A DNA stretch of 32,000 nt, from assembly GCF_000829235.1 (NCBI RefSeq), contig NZ_AP012549.1, forward strand, positions 2,370,001-2,402,000, read 5' to 3'. The stretch comes from a cyanobacterium endosymbiont of Epithemia turgida isolate EtSB Lake Yunoko. GTDB taxonomy: Bacteria; Cyanobacteriota; Cyanobacteriia; Cyanobacteriales; Microcystaceae. Positions 18,594-26,732 of this stretch are shown here, in pieces. Below the pieces are notes generated by a model. The model saw nothing but the letters and a program-made list of their open reading frames with translations, was not told the DNA's origin and made no database searches. Position 1 is the first letter of the stretch; each line of letters starts with the position of its first letter. Both the position numbers and the translations under genes were made by a program.

Positions 18594-19043
18594 TTAAATC
18601 CCAAGTAAACTCATTGGGATAAAATGTCTAATTATTATATTTTTTACAGCCAATTTTTGGACATAATTTAGTAAAATTTTTTCCTGTATATAGTCAAAGT
18701 TTCCGCTATACTGAGAAGCTAAATCTTCCTTCTGAATAAACCCATCACAGAGAATTAATAGTATGCAAATCAGTAGTAGGGAATTGTTTAACTTCAGTAA
18801 AATAAACCTATTTACACTTAACTGATGCCTCTCCTGCCAATTCAATAGTTTTTGTCGTGTAACAGTATCAGCGTCTTTAAATTGTTGATTGATGAGCAAG
18901 TCCTTGAGGAGTTGATAATTAATGTTGCATTCCGACTCGAGAGGAACAACTCTATAAGGAAAATTAATTTGTAAAAATTCTTGAATTTTTGGTATTTTTA
19001 TTTGGCAAAGGGCTTCATACGCCTTCCCTATTAATATCACCAA
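18594..19043 (-). CDS. GUN4-like domain ORF, probably degenerate
   Basis: 149-aa ORF. LESECNINYQLLKDLLINQQFKDADTVTRQKLL fits the L.SE.G.DY..L..LL....W..AD..T...ML opening of the GUN4 domain. QYSGNFDYIQEKI loosely fits W.KYS.GRFGFSVQ..I. The stretch between them (FILLKLNNSLLLICILLILCDGF) no longer resembles the conserved ..FPC.DL.TID.LW core, and the ORF is shorter than Ycf53/GUN4 proteins. Confidence 0.4.
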   Translation of the reverse strand: MVILIGKAYEALCQIKIPKIQEFLQINFPYRVVPLESECNINYQLLKDLLINQQFKDADTVTRQKLLNWQERHQLSVNRFILLKLNNSLLLICILLILCDGFIQKEDLASQYSGNFDYIQEKILLNYVQKLAVKNIIIRHFIPMSLLGI

Positions 19044-19074
19044 TTGAGATTAATTAACTTAATATTTAAAGTTT

Positions 19075-19092
19075 ATCTAGATATATATAGAT
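19075..19092. repeat. 18-mer ATCTAGATATATATAGAT, copy 2 of 2
   Basis: Identical to 17577..17594. It lies between the GUN4-like ORF start (19043) and the transposase-fossil stop (19160). Confidence 0.85.
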
Positions 19093-19159
19093 AAATTATG
19101 GATAAAGAATAAAAGTTTTTTTATCCACTTTATCTCCTAAGATTTCAGGTTTTATTAAT

Positions 19160-19315
19160 TTATAAGACATTTCCAAATACAACACGCATAACCAGTTTTA
19201 TGATGACAGTATCTAAGGTTTCTATATCTTTATAGCGACAACGTTTAGCTCGTCTGGCTATTTAGCCTACAACAAGATAGCGATTAAAAGCTATATTTGT
19301 CAACTCATCAGCAAT
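19160..19315 (-). mobile_element. IS5/IS4-superfamily transposase C-terminal fossil
   Basis: The minus-strand frame reads IADELTNIAFNRYLVVG*IARRAKRCRYKDIETLDTVIIKLVMRVVFGNVL*. This resembles the ..E..FN.LK.FRRIATRYDK....F...IKLA.IRIWL tail of DDE_Tnp_1 transposases but carries an in-frame stop. A possible further piece (YFIPNQP..) lies upstream near 19520..19545. No intact ORF and no clear terminal inverted repeats were found. Confidence 0.4.
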
Positions 19316-20476
19316 CTACACTACTTCTGCTTAATAGAAAAAATACTTAGTCATGCTCGATTTTTAAGTTATTTAATTACTGACTTTTTTTCAGGTTATA
19401 AAGTAAAGGATAATCTAAAAAAATAATAAAAGAAGATTAAGTTGATTTAAACTAAATAGCTTAACTGACTAATTTTTAGGCTATTGTGTCCGCAAAAAAC
19501 TTATTTGATACGTTGGCTGATTGGGGATGAAATATTACAGATAAACTATTATTAAATAATTTCAAAATTTCAAGAGATTAGAAAAAAATAAAAATTTTAA
19601 AGACAGTAATTTGCTCTATTTTAAAAGTTTTATTGACTTATTATTTATTGTTTCTGGTAGGGAGAAGATGGTGTTATATTGACGAGGATATTTATACAGG
19701 TTTAGATTGAAATTCGATAATAATTCTGTATACCTATCTAAAATTTAGATTACTTCAATTGGTATTGTTTATAGTAACCATCTTGAATAAAAGGGTTTTA
19801 ACTATCTGAACTAAATGATAGCTTATCTTTAAATATACCTCTGCCAATTTAATGAGCTTTTATTTGATATTATTCTTCTTCTATTGAATTCATTTTTGGA
19901 CTATTCAGTTAGTAAAAAATATAGATATAATTGTTTTTTTGCTATTATTTTAGGTTTCCTTTGACTCAACCATTCGTATGTCCTGAGTAATTACCAATAA
20001 CAATTTTATATATTATTATTTTTTATCTTTTTCTGATAAATCTTAAATAGATTTGATATATTTTTTATTTCAAGTTCTTTATTTTTGAGTTCTTTATGAG
20101 GACCACAATCCTTATCTGCCTGAGATTTTATCTCTATAAAAGTTATTTCTATTAATTGTATTTTATATAAATTTCATGCATTTTAAAATTGATTTAACTT
20201 TCAATTTTGCTCTATTTAAACAGCATATCTCTGCTATTTTCTAATTTTTTTATCGTAAATTACTTTAATAGCGCTGATTTTATAAATTCTATTAGTTGAA
20301 CTTTTAAGTTGATTTATATCTAAATTTTCTTAATTAATTTTTTTATTCTATATTTATTTTAAACTTTGTCAATAAATATGATAAAAATATATATAGAAGT
20401 TGAATATTATTATATTAATAGTTTATTTAGAACTTTATTGATTAGTTTAATTTTTAGAGTAGATTTACTATTTATC

Positions 20477-21730
20477 TTAGTTTTTTTTTGCTAAGTCAAA
20501 AGCTTCTTCTCTCGTTGAAATTTTTCCTTCAATGCAAGCTAGTTGAATTTTTGTTAATAATTCCCCAATTTTAGGACTTGGCTTTAGATTTAAGTGCCGA
20601 ATTAAATCATGCCCAGTTACTAAAGGAGAAGGATAGACTACTTTATCTTTAGGATCGAGATAACGATTAATTAAAGAGAAAATAGCCTGAGAATCTATCC
20701 GCTTTGCTAAAGCTAAAATAGCTAATACTGGAAAAATTTTGCCTACTTTTAAAAAGAAAAAGTACAACTCTCTTAAGTTCATAAGACCTTGATTTCCTTG
20801 TAATACAGGCAAATAATTTAGAGCCTTAGTTACAGTACAAATATCAACACGAGGGTATTTTAAATTAACTAATTCTAAATCAGCTTTATCAGGAACAAAA
20901 GAAGCTAAAATTGATAGCTTTGCTTGTCGAATAGTTGGAGGATAATATTTGTAATTATCTAAGGAATAGTCTAAAAACTTGCAGAAATTATTTGTATTTA
21001 GCTTTTCTTTTAACAAACAAACTACTTGATCAATTTTAATAAGCTGATCAAATTTTTCTTCGGTTAGTTGTTTAAACCATGGATCAAATAAACCATCTTT
21101 AGCTGCATTAATTAAATTTTCACTTCCCCGAATATTTGATAATAAGTAATTTAATTCATTTTGCACTCTTTCTACCGCAACTTGCCCAATTAAAGGAGCT
21201 AACTTACGAATAGTTTTTCTAGTTTCATATTCAATAGTAAAATTTAATTGAGTGCTTTGACGATACGCTCGCAACAATCGTAAGGGATCATCTTTAAGAT
21301 TTTTTGGGGATACCATTCTTAAAATCCCTTGTTTTAAATCTTGTAATCCATGTAAAGGATCAATCAATTTCTGCTCATGAAAATTATAAGCAATCGCATT
21401 AATAGTAAAATCACGCCGCTTTAAATCAATTTCTAAACTATTCCCTTCCTGTTGAGCAAAATCTACTGTTCCTTGTTTGAATACAACCCTAGCAATTTTT
21501 CTTTTTTCATCTAAAATCACGAATCCAGCATGATAATGATTTGCCATACTTCTGGCAGTTTCCACAGCTAAATCCGGTAAAACAAAATCTAAATCTAGAT
21601 AATTTCTTGAACAATTAAGAAACGCATCACGGACCGCCCCTCCCACTAAACAAGCCGTTGGAGGTAGCCACTTTAAACTAAACGGTAAAGAATCTGCTAA
21701 TAAATAAGTTAAACTATTTTGCTCAATCAT
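20477..21730 (-). CDS. cca: CCA-adding tRNA nucleotidyltransferase / poly(A) polymerase family protein
   Basis: 417-aa ORF. Class II nucleotidyltransferase head: LVGGAVRDAFLN....LDLDFV, RRDFTINAIAY, DPLRLLRAYRQ. This is consistent with neither tRNA gene in the window encoding CCA. Confidence 0.85.
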   Translation of the reverse strand: MIEQNSLTYLLADSLPFSLKWLPPTACLVGGAVRDAFLNCSRNYLDLDFVLPDLAVETARSMANHYHAGFVILDEKRKIARVVFKQGTVDFAQQEGNSLEIDLKRRDFTINAIAYNFHEQKLIDPLHGLQDLKQGILRMVSPKNLKDDPLRLLRAYRQSTQLNFTIEYETRKTIRKLAPLIGQVAVERVQNELNYLLSNIRGSENLINAAKDGLFDPWFKQLTEEKFDQLIKIDQVVCLLKEKLNTNNFCKFLDYSLDNYKYYPPTIRQAKLSILASFVPDKADLELVNLKYPRVDICTVTKALNYLPVLQGNQGLMNLRELYFFFLKVGKIFPVLAILALAKRIDSQAIFSLINRYLDPKDKVVYPSPLVTGHDLIRHLNLKPSPKIGELLTKIQLACIEGKISTREEAFDLAKKN

Positions 21731-22169
21731 TAAAAGTAATAAAGATAAACTTAGAAAACCGCTTATCTCAGCGTTGTCTAAGTTAGATTAACAATGAAAA
21801 GATGGATATCAATAAGGGATGGTGTGTATTTAGGTTCACTGCTATTACACTAATCGCCGTACGACCTATCATGTAGTGGAATTTCAAAATAAACAACCAT
21901 AATTTAACCAGTCATACAACCTTTAAACTGACTGAACCCATCATCAACACTAATATTTATTCCAAAGATGATTATATCGAAATGGAGTAGGATATGGTTG
22001 ATTGCGATAGTCTTCAAAAAAAGCACGTAGGTGGTTAAAATTGCGTCTAGGGGAACTTGTTATAACGTAAATTAGTCAATCCTGAATATTTATAAAATTG
22101 TTTTTAATAAAGATTAGGTTAGTGACTGTCAAAACTCCGATTGATAACGTATTGACTATCTACTGATTT

Positions 22170-23078
22170 ATGAAACAACAATCAGTTATTGGAATTGATT
22201 TAGGAGGAACTGCTATCAAATTAGGGCAGTTTCTCAGAGATGGTACCTGTTTAAAGTTTTTAACGATTGCAACGCCTCAACCCTCTACTCCACAAACAGT
22301 TCTAAGGACAATTGTAGAAGCTATCAATCAGCTTGAATTTCATAAAACCTGTCACTGTCACGCTTTGGGAGTGGGAACCCCTGGTCCAGTTGATGCTCAA
22401 GGAAGAATTGCTAAAGCTGCTATTAACCTGTCTGGGTGGCAAGATGTCCCTCTTGCGAATTGGTTGGAAACAGAAACAGGACTTCCCACCACTATTGCCA
22501 ATGATGCTAATTGTGCAGGATTAGGGGAGACTTGGCTAGGAGCGGGAAAAAACTTTAAAAATCTGATTTTGTTGACTCTAGGGACTGGCGTAGGAGGAGC
22601 TATTATTCTTGATGGACGCTTGTTTACTGGGCATTTAGGAGCCGCAGGAGAATTGGGATTGATTACCCTTGATTTTGATGGACCTTCATGTAAAAGTGGA
22701 AATCAGGGGTCCTTGGAACAATATGCTTCGGTCCAAGCTATTCGTCGAATGACACGGAAAGAACCGATTGAATTAGGGCAATTAGCTGCAAAAGGCAACC
22801 GAGAAGCTTTAAAGTTTTGGGAAGATTATGGTTATTTATTAGGGGCAGGACTATCGAGTTTAATATATATCTTAACCCCCGAGGCAGTTATTATTGGGGG
22901 TGGGGTAAGTGCGAGTGCTCCCTATTTTTTCCCAGCTACTCTCTTAGAGATTGAACGGCGAGTTCTTCTTAGTCATAGAGAAGGATTACAATTAATTTCG
23001 GCTAAATTGGGGAATAAAGCGGGAATGATTGGGGCAGCTAAATTGGCTTGGAAAAAAGTTGATAAACTCACAAGTTAA
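22170..23078 (+). CDS. ROK-family sugar kinase-like protein (glucokinase-like) with a degenerate zinc motif
   Basis: 302-aa ORF. It has the ATP-binding VIGIDLGGTAIKLG, the catalytic-region IANDANCAGLGE, and LTLGTGVGGAII. The ROK zinc-site region reads GELGLITLDFDGPSCKSGNQGSLE instead of GE.GH.........C.CG..GC.E. Confidence 0.8.
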   Translation: MKQQSVIGIDLGGTAIKLGQFLRDGTCLKFLTIATPQPSTPQTVLRTIVEAINQLEFHKTCHCHALGVGTPGPVDAQGRIAKAAINLSGWQDVPLANWLETETGLPTTIANDANCAGLGETWLGAGKNFKNLILLTLGTGVGGAIILDGRLFTGHLGAAGELGLITLDFDGPSCKSGNQGSLEQYASVQAIRRMTRKEPIELGQLAAKGNREALKFWEDYGYLLGAGLSSLIYILTPEAVIIGGGVSASAPYFFPATLLEIERRVLLSHREGLQLISAKLGNKAGMIGAAKLAWKKVDKLTS

Positions 23079-24151
23079 CGCTTATTTAAAAACATCTTTG
23101 TAAATCAAACAAATCGGAATTATAATAGACAATTTGTTTCTATTAGTTCTTATCTTTTTGAATACTTTTTACTTTCCTGCATAAAAATACTTGAATCAAT
23201 CCGTTCCGTTGTGCGTTCATTTGACCACTTAATCTAAATTTTAAATAAAAGTTTCTTATCGTAATATAAAAGTATAATATTATTTGTTTGTGATTCTTAG
23301 TTACCTTAGTGCTCATAACTTAGAACCGTTTCTCATGGGGTTGTTCTCCCTGCACAATTTAGAAAACTCCCTACAACTTCACTGCCTAAATTTTATATTC
23401 AAATTTTTTTGCCTTCCTGAAAACTGCAACTCACGGACCAGTAGCTTATAAATGATTTTTATTGTTTAACCTGGAAATTCTAGTGATTTAGAGAGCAACA
23501 TTAAAATGGGTTTATTCCTATTTTCCTTCTAATTTATTTTTTTATAAAATCGTAATAGTATAGTAAGTAAAATATTAATTAATGGTGTTCACAACAATGT
23601 TGTCAACAATTACATAGTGATTACATAGCCGAACAATAATTTCAATAATTATTACTATTGAATATATAGGAGTTAATTGGGTAATTATAAATAAAATTTA
23701 AAAAAGTAAATTATTTTATATCTCTATATTTAATAAATTAAAAATAAATTTATGTTGCTTTTATTGATATTTTTTAGAACAACTCTTTTAATAAAGACAG
23801 TAATACGAAACTAATGATATGGTCCTACACCCGATAGTTATACCTTTCTAAAAAATTAAGGATTTAACTCATTGTTATTGGTTTAATTCTTAGTTTTTTT
23901 TATTTGACTGACGTATATTATAATAATTCGGCAAGACTTCTTCTATTTTACCCATTATTGTTAAAAACTAATAAACTCAAGGCTAATCTACTAACGTACA
24001 TATCAAATTGGACAATTACAGATAAGAAAACCTAGTATTTTAGTCGGCCCCCCCGTCCGCCATCGGACATTATTACTGTGACGAAGCGTTTGCTGATGGT
24101 TTAAGTCTCTGGTTTGAATATTAATTCTTGTGGACAAGAAACTGCTCATAT

Positions 24152-25285
24152 TTAGTTTGAATGTCGATTGGGAGACTGATAAAAAGGTTTGTTGACAACT
24201 TTTGCCGGATATAATTTACCCCGAACTTCTATCTCAAGAGTGCTTCCCACTTTACTTAAAGCACGAGGAACATAGGCAAGAGCGATAGCTCTTTCTAAGG
24301 TGGGGGATAAAGTTCCACTGGTGACTTTCCCAACCTTGTTACCGTCTGAAAATACTGAGTAACCATGACGAGCAATATGTCGTCCTTCCATCTGTAAACC
24401 CACCAGACGATGCTTAACTCTTTGGGCTTTTTGTTGCTCTAAGATCTTCCGTCCGATGAATTCTCCTTTAGAATCAAGATGGACCAGCCATGCCAAGCCA
24501 GCTTCTAGGGGAGTCGTGCCATCCCCAATATCATGTCCATACAGAGACATAGCCGCTTCTAACCGGAGAGTATCCCTAGCTCCTAATCCACAAGGAGTGA
24601 CACCAGTTTGACATAGTGACTGCCAAAGTTTTTGTCCTGCCTCTGGATCAACCATAACTTCAAAGCCATCCTCTCCGGTATAACCTGTACGTGCGATAAA
24701 GGCAGATTTTCCTAAAACCGTTCCTTCTAGATGTCCAAAAAACTTGAGTTTACTAAGATTTTCTTTCACTAAGGGCTGTAATTTCAAAATAGATCGAGGA
24801 CCTTGAATGGCAATTAAAACTTTTTCCTGAGATAAATCTTTAAAAGTAATTGGTTTTCTATCTAAATGTTCTAAAAACCAGGTTTTGTCTTTCTGGGTTG
24901 TCCCTGCATTCACAATAATGATGACTTTTTCTTTTCCAGTTTCCGTTATCCCTTGATAATATACAATAATGTCGTCAACAATGCCCCCTTGCGAGTTTAG
25001 AAGTACTGTATATTGAGCTTGTCCTCGTTGTAACCGTTCTAAATCTGAAGGAACCAAGTACTGTAGTGATGAGAGTAATTCTAGTCCTTGGAGAGCAAAT
25101 TTACCCATGTGGGAGATATCAAATACCCCAACATCAGTACGGACTGATTGATGTTCAAGTTTAAGCCCCCCAAATTGAACTGGCATTTCCCACCCAGAAA
25201 ATTCTGTTAGTTTGGCTTTTTGTTGAATGATCAAATCATATAGAGGAGTATGTAGGAGGTCAACACAAGGGTCTGATTTAGCCAC
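24152..25285 (-). CDS. gcvT: Aminomethyltransferase (glycine cleavage system T protein)
   Basis: 377-aa ORF. GcvT motifs: TPLYD.....AK...F.GWEMPVQF, VGVFDISHMGKF, ARTGYTGEDGFE, GLGARDTLRLEA, and LYGHD-type (SLYGHDIG). Confidence 0.93.
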   Translation of the reverse strand: MAKSDPCVDLLHTPLYDLIIQQKAKLTEFSGWEMPVQFGGLKLEHQSVRTDVGVFDISHMGKFALQGLELLSSLQYLVPSDLERLQRGQAQYTVLLNSQGGIVDDIIVYYQGITETGKEKVIIIVNAGTTQKDKTWFLEHLDRKPITFKDLSQEKVLIAIQGPRSILKLQPLVKENLSKLKFFGHLEGTVLGKSAFIARTGYTGEDGFEVMVDPEAGQKLWQSLCQTGVTPCGLGARDTLRLEAAMSLYGHDIGDGTTPLEAGLAWLVHLDSKGEFIGRKILEQQKAQRVKHRLVGLQMEGRHIARHGYSVFSDGNKVGKVTSGTLSPTLERAIALAYVPRALSKVGSTLEIEVRGKLYPAKVVNKPFYQSPNRHSN

Positions 25286-26071
25286 GATTTTATAATAAAA
25301 TTAAGATGCAGAGACCACTATCATAATATAACCGAATTTTACTGGTCTTCTTGATTTGAGGATTCAAAAATGGACAACATCCTCTTGGAATCACTTTAAA
25401 TATACAGAGAAAAGAGTGAGGATTCCAACACTGTTGGCTACGATGGTGAAGACATGTTAAACAACAATCTGATTTTCCAACTTTCTGAGTTTAACTCAAG
25501 ACTACACGCTAAAAAATACTCATAAAAACCAATTATTTCCATAGATTTCAATATATTCCTTTGAACAAAATTAGAACAATATTCTTCCCTAATTCGTTTA
25601 ACTCTCTTTCATAAACTGTTAGTGTAGCAGGCAGTTAGAGAAAGTTTTAGGAATGAGCAGTTAAACTAAAGTCCTCACGTCAGGAGAATGTGACTAATAA
25701 CGATTGTGAAGTTCTTTTAAGTTAGTTAAATCGTCGAATAAAGGGGGAAACTATTAACCAGATATGATACTATAAAACCGTAGATTACGTATAAGTTTGA
25801 TTGTACTACAGCAATCACTATGCTTAGCCAAAAGATAGGCATAGATCTTTTGAACCGAAAGCCATAATGTAAATTTAAAAATTGCAGATAAATCAAGCCC
25901 TAATATGAACTAGTGTTTTTCTGGCAGCAAAATTGATTTAGACTTCGGTATCAGATGTCCTTCCTGTATTGTTCTTTTCAGAGAAAAATACAGGAAAGAC
26001 ACTGTGGTAATGAGTCTAGACAAACATCATAAACTTGGGCTACGTTGCCATCTACCCAGATATCCAACATA

Positions 26072-26263
26072 TTATCTCGTAAATTGATGTTTGATGGTAT
26101 ACGAGTGCAAGAATTTTAAAATTCTCTGTTCCAATCCTAGGAGAAAATCCGGTAACGGCAAACTCCCTCCCTGAGCAAAAGACCCATAAATGTACTTTAA
26201 CTGAATATTCTTCAGGCTAACGGCAATAGAGAAGTGTATGGACATGTTTAAGGGTTCGATCAA
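26072..26263 (-). pseudogene. Possible nucleotidyltransferase (MNT-type) fossil
   Basis: The track ORF contains IQLKYIYGSFAQGGSLPLPDFLLGLE, resembling the i..iylFGSyArGe....SDiDllv.fe core of minimal nucleotidyltransferases. The D-x-D catalytic pair is lost. The next frame downstream reads LRDNMLDIWVDGNV (compare L...L......VDlv). The call rests on motif-level resemblance only. Confidence 0.3.
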
Positions 26264-26513
26264 GTCATGAATAAATATGCACTTGGTATGATGACCTACC
26301 GATAGTAATTTAATTGTTATATTTTCGCAAAATATAATCGGTAATCACCCGACAAAACAGCACAGATTAGTTGAATAAAGGACATAAGTTAGAGATTTCC
26401 TCTTTATGAACTTTTTTAGTCAGCCGTCTTAATAGGAGAGAAAATATAAGGATTAGAACAACAATTTTATCGTGAAGTAATTTATCTTCGCCCTTAAATC
26501 TATCCAAAGTTCT

Positions 26514-26636
26514 TTAGTGAGCTGATCCATTACCATTGTAGTCATCAGAGTCATAAAATCCATTTTTTGTTCCGAAAAAGAGGCTCGAAACAATAAATAA
26601 ACCGGTTAAAATTGCTAGAACTAATTTAACATCCAT
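26514..26636 (-). CDS. Candidate 40-aa single-pass membrane protein (below the ORF-track cutoff)
   Basis: ATG..TAA encodes MDVKLVLAILTGLFIVSSLFFGTKNGFYDSDDYNGNGSAH, a hydrophobic helix followed by an acidic, Gly/Asn-rich tail. It lies 97 nt downstream of, and on the same strand as, the antiporter gene. There is no clear SD. I cannot place the family. Confidence 0.3.
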   Translation of the reverse strand: MDVKLVLAILTGLFIVSSLFFGTKNGFYDSDDYNGNGSAH

Positions 26637-26732
26637 AATATTTTGAGTGGCTTTTCACTTTAATTATTTAATTTTAAACAATAAACAGTATAGCTGTTGA
26701 TGTTTTTGATGCCTTTGAAAGTGATAACTTTC

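Noticed and set aside
21900-22060. Minus-strand open fragment SSPRRNFNHLRAFFEDYRNQPYPTPFRYNHLWNKY* between cca and the ROK gene
   Set aside because: It looks like the C-terminal stub of a decayed gene, but I cannot assign a family from memory. BLASTX is needed before any call.
22333-22524. 63-aa alternative-frame ORF inside the ROK gene
   Set aside because: It overlaps the supported frame on the same strand and has no motif.
24041-24124. GC-rich patch with a C7 run (GTCGGCCCCCCCGTCCGCCATCGGAC) just beyond the gcvT 3' end
   Set aside because: It forms only a 5-bp hairpin without a T-tract on the gcvT strand. The plus frame gives a 26-codon fragment (SAPPSAIGHYYCDEAFADGLSLWFEY*) that I cannot assign. 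It is probably the 3' stub of a lost convergent gene, with too little information to call.
25286-25500. Glycine riboswitch upstream of gcvT
   Set aside because: No GGAGAG...CACCGAAGGGGCAA-like aptamer cores are visible on the minus strand. Only a short 8-bp inverted repeat is present.
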